From NCBI GenBank assembly GCA_964471115.1, contig CAYYFE010000016.1:6874-70873 (forward strand): a stretch of DNA of 64,000 nt. The letters run 5' to 3'. Positions 1-8,410 of this stretch are shown here, in pieces. The translations under genes were made by a program, and so were the position numbers. The stretch is from an uncultured Solibacteraceae bacterium. Its GTDB lineage: Bacteria > Acidobacteriota > Vicinamibacteria > Vicinamibacterales > SCN-69-37. Each line of letters begins with the position of its first letter. Position 1 is the stretch's first letter. The notes beneath the pieces were generated by a model. That model searched no databases. It saw only the letters and a program-made list of their open reading frames with translations, and was not told the DNA's origin.

Positions 1-67
1 CGGTGTCGCGCCCGCGGCGGTAGGCCCCGCGGCTGACATAAAATGCCCTTCACCTGGAGGGCAGAGC

Positions 68-1804
68 ATGCGGGATCTACGAGCCTCGATCGGACGTCGT
101 GTGTGTGTGGCCGTGCTGGCGATCGTCGCCGGGCTGGCCGCGCCGGTTCACACGCAGCAGCAGCTGCGCACGCAGGCGGAGGAGTCCAACTGGACGGCCT
201 ACACCCGCCACGAGAACATGCTGGCCTACATGCGCGCGCTGCAGGCCACCACGCGCGACATGCGGACGACGTCGTACGGCCGGTCACATGAAGGCCGCGA
301 CCTGCCGCTGGCGATCTTCGCGCGGCCGATGGTCACGCAGCCGTGGGAAGCCATGGCCTCGGGCAAACCCATCATCATGTTCCAGACCAACGTGCACGGC
401 GGCGAACGCACGCAGCGCGAGTCGATCCTGCAGCTCATGCGCGAACTGGTCACGCCGGGCACCGAGCCGAACAAGGCGCTGGATCACGTCATCCTGCTCA
501 TCGCGCCGCAGATCAATCCGGATGGCTTTGAAGCCAGTCAGAACGGCCAGCGCGGCAACGCGTGGGGCATCGACCTCAATCGCGACTACATCAAGCTGGA
601 ACAGCCCGAAATCGCCAATGTGGTCACCAACGTGTACCACCAGTGGTATCCGCACCTGATCATCGACGGCCACAACGGCGGCGCGCGGCCCTACAACATC
701 AACTACGTCACGACCGCGAATGCCTCGGTCGATCAGGCGCTGGTCACCATCGCCAACAACGAGATCTTCCAGCACGTGCGCACGCGCAACGAGGAAGCCG
801 GGCTGAAGGCCTTCTTCTACCCGGGCGGCAACGCCGAGTTCTGGCAGGGGGTGCCGGCGTATCCCCGCATCGGCATGACCTACGCGACGTTCCTCAACAG
901 CTTCGGCATCACGTTCGAGTCACCGGCGCAGCCGATGGAAACGGGCGTGCGGTCGGGCCTCATCAGCTACAAGGCCGTGCTCGAGTGGGTGGTGGCCAAC
1001 CGGCGGAAGGTGCTCGACACGGTGACGGCCGCGCGTCAGAAAACCGTCGAGATGGGGCTGACCGCCGACGGCGAAGTCATGGTGGCGATGGAGCAGGTGG
1101 ACCACGACTTCACGGTGAGCTACGAGATTCCCGATCCGCAGAACCAGGGCCAGTTCATCACCATTCCCAACGGCAAGCTGCGCACCAAGCCGAACGTGCT
1201 GGCCGCGCGCCCGCGCCCGTACGCCTACATCCTGCCGAGGGAGGCGGTGCAGGCCGTGGCGCTGCTGCGCCAGCACAACATCACCGTGGAGGTGCTGCGC
1301 GAACCGAAGGCGCTGACCGTGCAGGCCTATGAACTGGGCGACGTCTTCTATCGCACCGAATACGACCATCAGGGCGCGACCACCGTCACCGTCAAGGCCG
1401 TGCACACGGTGGAGCGCACGTTCCCGGCCGGCACCTACGTCGTGTCGACGGCGCAGATGCTGGGACGCCTGGTGGCGCATCTGCTTGAACCGGAGAGTGA
1501 CGACAACGTCGTGCTCTGGAATCGCATGGACGCGTGGCTGCCGACGTCGCGCATCCGTCCCGCGCCGGCGAATCTGATTCCCGAAGCGTGGCCCGGCCGC
1601 GGCCAGGGCGCGGGCCCCGCCGGTGCCGCAGCCGCAGGCGCGGGCGCGGCTCAGGGCCGCGGGGCCGGCCGTGGCGCCGGTGCCGGCGATCCCGAAGCCC
1701 AGCCGCCCGCTCGCGGCGGCCGCGGTGGCGCACCTCAGCCGCCGCTGATTCCGATCTTCAAGCTGATGAACCGCACGCCGCTGCCGGCGGTGTTGGTGAA
1801 ATGA
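68..1804 (+). CDS. Secreted M14-family zinc carboxypeptidase-like protein with Gly/Arg-rich C-terminal insert
   Basis: Signal-peptide-like N-terminus; zinc motif NVHGGE (HxxE), NPDG, DLNRD and IDGH; GGAGG RBS at 56-60. Confidence 0.85.
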   Translation: MRDLRASIGRRVCVAVLAIVAGLAAPVHTQQQLRTQAEESNWTAYTRHENMLAYMRALQATTRDMRTTSYGRSHEGRDLPLAIFARPMVTQPWEAMASGKPIIMFQTNVHGGERTQRESILQLMRELVTPGTEPNKALDHVILLIAPQINPDGFEASQNGQRGNAWGIDLNRDYIKLEQPEIANVVTNVYHQWYPHLIIDGHNGGARPYNINYVTTANASVDQALVTIANNEIFQHVRTRNEEAGLKAFFYPGGNAEFWQGVPAYPRIGMTYATFLNSFGITFESPAQPMETGVRSGLISYKAVLEWVVANRRKVLDTVTAARQKTVEMGLTADGEVMVAMEQVDHDFTVSYEIPDPQNQGQFITIPNGKLRTKPNVLAARPRPYAYILPREAVQAVALLRQHNITVEVLREPKALTVQAYELGDVFYRTEYDHQGATTVTVKAVHTVERTFPAGTYVVSTAQMLGRLVAHLLEPESDDNVVLWNRMDAWLPTSRIRPAPANLIPEAWPGRGQGAGPAGAAAAGAGAAQGRGAGRGAGAGDPEAQPPARGGRGGAPQPPLIPIFKLMNRTPLPAVLVK

Positions 1805-1849
1805 TGAAGTGATGAAGTGCTGACGTGCTGGGGTGCTGAGGTGCTCAGG
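1802..1849 (+). repeat. Degenerate 8-bp tandem array, 6 units (TGATGAAG x2, TGCTGACG, TGCTGGGG, TGCTGAGG, TGCTCAGG)
   Basis: Read directly; starts at the M14 stop codon and contains the stop of the four-helix-bundle gene. Confidence 0.85.
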
Positions 1850-2243
1850 TGCGCTTGTGGCGGAGGCGCTCCTTTGGAGTTGGCGTGTTCTGAAGGTATC
1901 GACGCAGCCGATTGGTGACATCGATGGTCTCGGCGATCTGCGCCGTGAGACTACCGTGTTCCTCCGAGCTGATGTAGCCCTTCGCGGACGCTTCTTCACA
2001 GAGATCGAGTAGTTCGTTGAGCGAACCCAGACTGATCACGGTGAATCGCGCGAAGTCGGGATGCCGATACCGTCCGAAGCCCTCCGCCAGATTGCGGCAG
2101 GCGGAACTGCTGGCTGAATCGAACTGGTCACGAAACTTCAGATCGCCCGCGATCGCCCTGCGCTGACACAAGCTGATGACGGCCTTCCGCACGGCGGAAG
2201 CCGACTGCCACGCCCTAAGGTCCTTGAAGCTTGAGACTCCCAT
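1845..2243 (-). CDS. Four helix bundle protein (TIGR02436 / 23S rRNA IVP-like; structural relatives include DGR Avd)
   Basis: MGVSSFKDLRAWQ...FRDQFDSASSSACRNLAEGFGR...FARFTVISLGSLNEL matches the family pattern (F.DL..WQ, DQ..RA..S...NIAEG.GR, A.GSL.E); start set at the Met at 2243. Confidence 0.88.
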   Translation of the reverse strand: MGVSSFKDLRAWQSASAVRKAVISLCQRRAIAGDLKFRDQFDSASSSACRNLAEGFGRYRHPDFARFTVISLGSLNELLDLCEEASAKGYISSEEHGSLTAQIAETIDVTNRLRRYLQNTPTPKERLRHKRT

Positions 2244-2255
2244 GCCGACGGACGT

Positions 2256-2271
2256 TGCAGGCGCTATGCCA
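2256..2271 (-). promoter_or_regulatory. Putative sigma54 (-24/-12) promoter of the four-helix-bundle gene
   Basis: Minus strand TGGCATAGCGCCTGCA = GG-N10-GC, close to consensus TGGCAC-N5-TTGC. Confidence 0.45.
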
Positions 2272-2332
2272 GCGCCAAGCCACGTCTGACGCCGCCAGTA
2301 CGCGATTTCTGCCACCCTGTCTGCTATTGGCG

Positions 2333-2406
2333 CCCCCCCGCCCCCCCGCCCCCCAGCACCCCAGCACCCCAGCACCCCAGCACCCCAGCACCCCAGCACC
2401 CCAGCA
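2333..2406 (-). repeat. (CCCCAGCA)7 array at 2351-2406, preceded by (C7G)2; reverse complement of the 1802-1849 array
   Basis: Seven perfect 8-mers read directly; the minus strand reads (TGCTGGGG)7. Confidence 0.95.
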
Positions 2407-4287
2407 TCACCTGATCCGTATGTCCTGCCTCGTCTCGGTGCCCGTCGCGATCGTGACCCGGATGGCCGTGTCGTAGATCGTCGCCAGGAACTCGGGCCGT
2501 CGATGGTCATCGTTGTCGATGTCGTCGACGGCGGCCAGACGGTAGTCGCCGGGCGGAAGGCCGGTGAAGGTGAACCGGCCGTCGGCCGCGGGCCGCAGGA
2601 CGCGCTGGCGCGGCGACCCTGCGTGCCACAGCGCGCGGTCGTCGGGAAAAACGACCAGGAAATAGTCGGAGACCGGCGCGCCCGATTCGGTGGAGAAGTG
2701 GCCGCTCAGTGAGGCCTGTGCGCGCGAGAGCACGATCTCGACACCGCTGATGGACCCGGTCGTGAACGTCAGCGGCCGATCGCGCAGGTCGCGCCCGTCG
2801 TGCATGACGCCTGACAGATGCCAGCCCGCCAGCGCGGGGGGCAGGGTCGCGATGACCTCGAACTCGCCGGACGTCAGGCCGTCCACCCGAAACGTGGCGT
2901 CCGCTTCCACCGCCACACTGCGCGTCGCGCCGGCCAGAACGGCCGTGCGCACCTGATGCCCGGGTGGCGTGATCGGCCGCACCTGCACACGAGCGCGCGT
3001 CCACGCGTCCGGTTCGAGCGTCGCGCCGGCGGCCACCAGGCGGCCGCTGAAGGTCTCGCCCTCGCGCAGTTGCAGGGTGACGCCCTCAATGTCGTGCCCC
3101 CCGACGATGAACTCGGTGGTGGCCCATTGGGTGTTGCGGATGGAGTTGATCGAATATCCGCCGCCTGGAGCGGTCGTCACGCCACCGGCTCGCGCGGTCA
3201 CCCGGTACGACCCCGGTGGGACATTGCGAATCCTGAACCGGCCGGCGGCATCCGGCATGTCCGTGCGCAGGGCCATCGAGGCGGCGATCGGGACGGGTGG
3301 CCCCAGGGCCTCGATCGACAACTGCGCGGCCGGTGTCGGCTGGCCATCAACACCCAGGACCACGCCGCTGATGGTGGATGAGGCGACCGCCGTGATGGTG
3401 AAGTCCACGCCCAGCCGTTCTTCACTCAGGCCCAGCGACACCGGCACGGCCAGTGCGGGCACGGCGGTACCGGGGAAGTACGTCGGCGCAAACGCTGCGA
3501 GCGGCCGGGACGCCGGCGACGCGCTGCCGGCGGGCGCGGTCCCCGTCACCGAGCGCGTGAGGGTGGCGGCGACGGCGTCGTACTCGCCCGCGCTGGCCGG
3601 GTCGAAATCACCGCGACCAATGGCCGGGTACGCGGCCACCAGGTAGCGATCGGGCGGCAGACCGTAGATCCGGTATCGCCCCTCATCGTCGGTTCGAATC
3701 GGCACGCTCGCGTCGATGATGGTGCCGCCGGCCTCGGCCATGCCCATCGGGACGACGCGCACTTCCGTGTCGGTCAGCGGTTGGCCGTTGGGCAATGTCA
3801 GCTGTCCCGCGATGACGCCGCCCCTGGGCAAGGTGATGGCCAGGTTCGTGACGCGCTGGCCTTCCGCAAGCACCAGTGTCGTGCCCTGCCGTCCGGGCCG
3901 CTTCGCCCCCCACGCGGTCGTCAGGTGCGCGGGTTTGGTCGCCGTCACCGTGTACCGTCCCGCGCCAACACCGGCGATGGCGAACTCGCCGTTGTCGCCG
4001 GTGACGACACTGCGGTTGGCGCCGGTGCCGACGTCGGTCAACGTGATGATGGCGCGACGCACCGCAGCGGGGGAGTCACCCGGTGTGGTCACTCGTCCGG
4101 CCACCACGGACGTGCCACGGGTGATTTGGGCAGGGATCGCGTCGCGTGCCGCCGATGTCGACACCGGAGGCGGTGGCGGAGGCGGGGGTGGAGGCGGGGG
4201 CGGCGGCACCTGCGCGAGTGCGGTGCCGGCCACGCCGCCACACAGCAGGGCCACCTGGAAAATCAGCAGCCACGCGCGACGGGTCAT
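2407..4287 (-). CDS. Secreted carboxypeptidase-regulatory-like domain (beta-sandwich repeat) protein
   Basis: Signal peptide, 14 consecutive Pro, repeated I.G.V...G.P / TD..G.YRIYGLPP.RY / APTYFPG / G.FTFTGLPPGDY motifs. Confidence 0.8.
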   Translation of the reverse strand: MTRRAWLLIFQVALLCGGVAGTALAQVPPPPPPPPPPPPPPVSTSAARDAIPAQITRGTSVVAGRVTTPGDSPAAVRRAIITLTDVGTGANRSVVTGDNGEFAIAGVGAGRYTVTATKPAHLTTAWGAKRPGRQGTTLVLAEGQRVTNLAITLPRGGVIAGQLTLPNGQPLTDTEVRVVPMGMAEAGGTIIDASVPIRTDDEGRYRIYGLPPDRYLVAAYPAIGRGDFDPASAGEYDAVAATLTRSVTGTAPAGSASPASRPLAAFAPTYFPGTAVPALAVPVSLGLSEERLGVDFTITAVASSTISGVVLGVDGQPTPAAQLSIEALGPPVPIAASMALRTDMPDAAGRFRIRNVPPGSYRVTARAGGVTTAPGGGYSINSIRNTQWATTEFIVGGHDIEGVTLQLREGETFSGRLVAAGATLEPDAWTRARVQVRPITPPGHQVRTAVLAGATRSVAVEADATFRVDGLTSGEFEVIATLPPALAGWHLSGVMHDGRDLRDRPLTFTTGSISGVEIVLSRAQASLSGHFSTESGAPVSDYFLVVFPDDRALWHAGSPRQRVLRPAADGRFTFTGLPPGDYRLAAVDDIDNDDHRRPEFLATIYDTAIRVTIATGTETRQDIRIR

Positions 4288-6185
4288 CGCTGGTCTCCAG
4301 TCAGCCGCACGGTCACCGTGACCGTCGCGCCGGCGGTGAGGCGCGCGGCGGTCGCCTGGCGGGCCGCCGCCTCGATGAAGCGGTCATCCCCCAACCGGAT
4401 CCGGTCTGCGGCCGGCACGGCGATGGCCAGATACTCGCCGGGCGGCAAACCCGTCATCCGCCACTGGCCGCGCGTGTCCGCCCCGGTGGTGCGGAACCGC
4501 AGTGAGGCCGCCGCCGCATACGGCCACAGCGCTCGCGCTTCGGGAAACACCAGCACGACCGCGTCTTCCGCCGGCGTTCCGTCCGCGTGCACCACCGTGC
4601 CGGTCAGCGTGGTCGTCGCACGGGTCAGGGTGATGGTCACGCCGGTCACCGGCGTGCCGGGTTCCACCTCGAGTGGGGCGTTGAGCAGGTCGCGGCCGTT
4701 CCATTCGGCTCGGGCGATGCCGAACTGGGTGCCAATCAGGCCCGCCAGCATGTAGCGGCCGGGCAGCACGTTGGTCACCGTGAACGGGAGGGTCTCGGCG
4801 GTGACTGCCTTCGGTCGCTCGAGCGCGCTGATGCGCGGTCCGCCGAACGGCGAGAGGTCCACCGGTTCAAGCCGCACGGCGGGGACCAGCGGGCCCTCGC
4901 CGGCGACCGGCCCCGGGGTGTCGAGCTGCAACGTCCCAGAGACGGTCGTGGCCGGCTGAATCGGGACCATCAGATCTGCGATGGGCTCGCGGCCCACACT
5001 GACGGGCAGCGTGCCGACGCCATCGGGACCGGACATCGTGTGGGTGGAGAGCATGACGCCGTTGCCGGCACTCTGGTTGATGAACCCGCTGTTGACGTTC
5101 GCGGGCAGCCACCGTCGCACCGAGGAGGCCAGCTGCGCCGCAAGATACGACGCCGTGCGGCCGGCAATGAGCAGATAGTCGCCTTCCGGGACGGCGTCGA
5201 ATGTGAACACACCTTCGGCGTTTGTCTGCGTGAGCGCCGCATCAGTGCCTGCGACCAGTGCGGTGTCGCCCGAGGGCACGAGGCGTACGGTCATGCGCGT
5301 GACCGTGTCGGCAGGACCCACGAGCCGCCCGGTCACCCGCACCGTCGACACCAGGAGCAGTTGGACATCAATGCCTGCCCGTCGTTCCCCGGCCTTCAGC
5401 GTGAGCACGGTGCCGTCCTCGATCCGGCGCGCCGAGGGGTAAAACGCCCCGGCGAATGCCCGGCCGCTGCTGCCGTCGCCGATGGCGCCGAAGAGGGTGG
5501 ATCCCACGCCGTCCTCGCCGCGAATGACGGGAGGCGTCGGCGCCGGCACCAGCGCGCTGCTGGTGGTGCCGCCCACCGAGGTGGTCCGCGCGGGCGTGCC
5601 CACCGCCGCGGCATCGGCCGGGACGGTCAGGGCGATGTGCGGCGCGTGCACGAGGTAGTCGCCGGGGGGCAGTTCTCCGAAGCGCCAGGCCCCGCGGTCG
5701 TCCGTCTGCGTCGACGCGACGTACGCCCAGCGCGCGGCGCGGCCCACGATGGCCCGTCTGAGCAGTTGCACCGGGCCTTCGACGATCGCTTCGCCGCGGT
5801 CGTCGATGAGTGACCCGGACAGCGACGCCGTGCGCCACATCCGCACGTTGATGTCGGTGCGCCACTCGCCGTCCTTCAGCGACACGCGGCCCGGCAGCGG
5901 GTCACCGGGCCGTCGGCCGTATCCGCCGTCGAGATACCCGGCCGATGCGGTTGACACGATGTACGCATCGCCGGCCGGCAGTCCGGTGAAGATGAACCGG
6001 CCGGAGGCATCCGTCACCTTGCGCGGCAAGCCCTGGACCTGCACGAAGACCCCGGACAGCGCCGCCCCGGTCTCGCCGTCGGTCACCACGCCGCTGATGG
6101 CGCCGGTGGCCGGCGGTGACGGCTGGGGCGCTTGTGCCGAGACGCCCACGGCCGCCGCCAGCACACACACTGCAATGAGTCGCAT
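4284..6185 (-). CDS. Secreted carboxypeptidase-regulatory-like domain protein (paralog of the downstream gene)
   Basis: Start MRLIAVCVLAAAVGVSAQ at 6185; ISGVVTD, TDASGRFIFTGLPAG, TDDRGAWRFGELPPGDY motifs; ATGA overlap with the next gene. Confidence 0.8.
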   Translation of the reverse strand: MRLIAVCVLAAAVGVSAQAPQPSPPATGAISGVVTDGETGAALSGVFVQVQGLPRKVTDASGRFIFTGLPAGDAYIVSTASAGYLDGGYGRRPGDPLPGRVSLKDGEWRTDINVRMWRTASLSGSLIDDRGEAIVEGPVQLLRRAIVGRAARWAYVASTQTDDRGAWRFGELPPGDYLVHAPHIALTVPADAAAVGTPARTTSVGGTTSSALVPAPTPPVIRGEDGVGSTLFGAIGDGSSGRAFAGAFYPSARRIEDGTVLTLKAGERRAGIDVQLLLVSTVRVTGRLVGPADTVTRMTVRLVPSGDTALVAGTDAALTQTNAEGVFTFDAVPEGDYLLIAGRTASYLAAQLASSVRRWLPANVNSGFINQSAGNGVMLSTHTMSGPDGVGTLPVSVGREPIADLMVPIQPATTVSGTLQLDTPGPVAGEGPLVPAVRLEPVDLSPFGGPRISALERPKAVTAETLPFTVTNVLPGRYMLAGLIGTQFGIARAEWNGRDLLNAPLEVEPGTPVTGVTITLTRATTTLTGTVVHADGTPAEDAVVLVFPEARALWPYAAAASLRFRTTGADTRGQWRMTGLPPGEYLAIAVPAADRIRLGDDRFIEAAARQATAARLTAGATVTVTVRLTGDQR

Positions 6186-6225
6186 CCCGAGGGCATTAGA
6201 CACCGCCCGGGGCGGGATGGCCCAC

Positions 6226-6247
6226 CTCCGCCAAGGCTTCGGCGGGG
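6226..6247. repeat. Short GC-rich palindrome (CCGCC-AAGGCTTC-GGCGG), REP-like
   Basis: Hairpin in a divergent intergenic gap. Confidence 0.4.
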
Positions 6248-6263
6248 CAAGCCCCAGCACCAC

Positions 6264-6269
6264 TACAAT
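6264..6269 (+). promoter_or_regulatory. -10 box TACAAT 7 nt before the GGT start codon (leaderless-type)
   Basis: TACAAT-cgcccgt-ATG with no Shine-Dalgarno. Confidence 0.55.
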
Positions 6270-6276
6270 CGCCCGT

Positions 6277-8166
6277 ATGCGCGCACTCACTCTGCTGGTG
6301 GCCGGTGTCTTCCTCCTGCTGATCGCTCCTGTGACGGCCCAGCGGCCGCCGGTGATGGGCCGCAATGCGGCGGTGTCCGCCGGACATCCACTGGTGACGT
6401 CAGCCGCCATGGAGATCCTGCAGGCAGGCGGCAACGCGTTTGACGCGGGGGTCGCCGCCATGTTCGTCGGCGGCGTGGTGGAACAGGATCTGTACGGCCT
6501 GGGCGGCGAAGGACTCGTGCTGGTGTACCCGAAGTCGGAGGGCACGGTGACCTCGGTCGTGGGGCAGGGCTGGGCGCCGAGAGGCGCCACCATCGACTGG
6601 TACACCTCGCGCGGTCGCACGCTGGAAGGTGAGGGGCTGGACCCGGTCGTTGTCCCCGGCGCCATTCATGCCGCGCTGACCGTACTCGAACGGTGGGGCA
6701 CCATGACGGTCGCGCAGGTCACGCGACGAGCCGTGGAATATGCGCGCGACGGCTTTGCCCTGCGCCCGCGCACCGCCCGCGCCATCGTGGGCCAGCGGCG
6801 CTTCATCGATCGGTGGCCCACCAATCAGCAGATGTGGCGCAAGAGTGACGGCAGCGACTACGAGGCCGGTGACACGATCACCATGCCCGACCTGGCGGCC
6901 ACCCTGCAGAAGCTCGTGGACGCCGAGCGGCAGGCGTCCGCCGCGGGCCGCGCGGCCGGCATCACCGCGGCGCGCGACCGGTTCTACAAGGGCGACATCG
7001 CCAAGGAAATCGTCGCGTTCCTCCAGCAACACGGGATGCCGTGGGATGTCAGTGACTTCGCCGAGTTCTACTCACGCGTCGAGCCGGCCACCTCGATCAC
7101 CTATCGCGGGTATCAGGTCTACAAGCAGGGCTTCAATTCGCAGGGCCCCTCCATGTTGCAGGCCCTGAACATCCTCGAGACCTACGACCTGCGGCAGCTG
7201 GGCCACAACTCCGCGGATTACCTGCACGTGGTGACCGAAGCGCTCAAGATGGGCTACGCGGATCGGGACACGTACTATGCCGATCCGCAGTTCGTGGACG
7301 TTCCCGCTACGGGACTGTTGTCGAAGGGGTACGCGAAGCAGCGGGCGTCGCAGATCGACATGGCGCGCGCGCAGACCGAGCAGGTGGCCGGCGATCCGCT
7401 GCCGTTTGACGACAAGGTCAAGTCCTGGGGGTATTGGCGGGCAGGGCACGTGGCGGCGGGTGGCGGCGAGTGGCAGCAAATGGCGGCGAGTGGCGGGGAG
7501 TTGCGGCAAGTGGCGGCGAGTGGCGGCGAGGGTGGAGCAGTGCGGCCGGGGGACGCGGACCCGTCGCTCAAGGACACGACGCACATTGCGATCATCGACA
7601 GGGACGGCAACGTGTTTGATGCGACGCCGTCGGGCGGCTGGATCACGGGCGGTGTGGTCGCCGGCAACACCGGCATCGGATTGTCGACCCGCGGGGAGCA
7701 GTTCTGGCTCGATCGCACGCGCGCGGCCCAGCTGCGCCCGCGGTCCCGGCCGCGCTACACCCTGACACCCAGCCTCGTGCTGCGCAACGGCCAGCCCGTG
7801 ATGGCCATCGGCACCCCCGGTGGCGACAACCAGGAGCAGACCATTCTGCAGACGCTGCTCAACGTCCTGGAATTCCAGGACCGCTGGTATCCCAACCTGC
7901 ACACGGCGTTCGAACTGCCGCGCCTGCAGACGTTCCACTTCCTCGGGTCATTCTGGCCGCACCGGATCGACGCCAACCGGCTCGACCTGGAAACGGGCAT
8001 CGCACCCGACGTGCTGGAATCCCTCAAGGCGCGCGGGCACAACGTGCGTTTCGTGCCCGCGCTGTCGATCAGCGGTTGCGCGACCGCCGTGTGGATCGAT
8101 CCGCGCACCGGCACTCGCATCGCCGGCGCCGACCCGCGCCGCGACTGCTACGCGGCAGCGTATTGA
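6277..8166 (+). CDS. ggt: Gamma-glutamyltransferase family protein (Ntn hydrolase)
   Basis: GGNAFDA, GLGGEG, DTTHIAIIDRDGN (N-terminal nucleophile Thr), AIGTPGG, GADPRRD; signal peptide from 6277. Confidence 0.9.
   Translation: MRALTLLVAGVFLLLIAPVTAQRPPVMGRNAAVSAGHPLVTSAAMEILQAGGNAFDAGVAAMFVGGVVEQDLYGLGGEGLVLVYPKSEGTVTSVVGQGWAPRGATIDWYTSRGRTLEGEGLDPVVVPGAIHAALTVLERWGTMTVAQVTRRAVEYARDGFALRPRTARAIVGQRRFIDRWPTNQQMWRKSDGSDYEAGDTITMPDLAATLQKLVDAERQASAAGRAAGITAARDRFYKGDIAKEIVAFLQQHGMPWDVSDFAEFYSRVEPATSITYRGYQVYKQGFNSQGPSMLQALNILETYDLRQLGHNSADYLHVVTEALKMGYADRDTYYADPQFVDVPATGLLSKGYAKQRASQIDMARAQTEQVAGDPLPFDDKVKSWGYWRAGHVAAGGGEWQQMAASGGELRQVAASGGEGGAVRPGDADPSLKDTTHIAIIDRDGNVFDATPSGGWITGGVVAGNTGIGLSTRGEQFWLDRTRAAQLRPRSRPRYTLTPSLVLRNGQPVMAIGTPGGDNQEQTILQTLLNVLEFQDRWYPNLHTAFELPRLQTFHFLGSFWPHRIDANRLDLETGIAPDVLESLKARGHNVRFVPALSISGCATAVWIDPRTGTRIAGADPRRDCYAAAY
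7451..7530 (+). repeat. 10-bp tandem array, consensus TGGCGGCGAG, 8 units, inside the GGT coding sequence
   Basis: Units aligned at 7451, 7461 ... 7521. Confidence 0.9.
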
Positions 8167-8253
8167 CGGATCAGCACAGTAGGCATGGAGGCATGGAGAA
8201 ATGCCAGCGGGCAGGTCACGCCGGCCGACCGCTGGCGCCGCCGCAGGCGGCGA

Positions 8254-8334
8254 CGTGCGAGGAGCGCACCCACGGGTGAATGACGTGGTCAGTTGACGCA
8301 GTCGTCATTCACCCGCGGGTGCGCTCCTCGCACG
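8254..8334. repeat. 32-bp inverted repeat with 17-nt loop (REP-doublet-like or bidirectional terminator)
   Basis: Arms 8254-8285 and 8303-8334, one mismatch; each arm holds an inner palindrome CACCC-RC-GGGTG. Confidence 0.85.
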
Positions 8335-8410
8335 AGGCCCGACTAAGTCGGGCTCCAGCGGTCGGCCGGCGTGACCCTCCCAGCCCTCCAATGCTCCTGT
8401 GAAATTGCTC

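Noticed and set aside
1845-2243. Complete diversity-generating retroelement
   Set aside because: Only the Avd-like fold is present; no reverse transcriptase and no TR/VR pair differing at adenines was found in the window.
1802-2409. 23S rRNA intervening sequence
   Set aside because: The flanks are protein-coding genes; no rRNA sequence is present.
1845-2510. 221-aa version of the four-helix-bundle ORF
   Set aside because: The extension overlaps the upstream gene and is translated repeat sequence (GVLGCWGA..); family similarity starts at the Met at 2243.
6252-6259. Single CCCCAGCA matching the cassette repeat
   Set aside because: A single 8-mer in GC-rich DNA is expected by chance.
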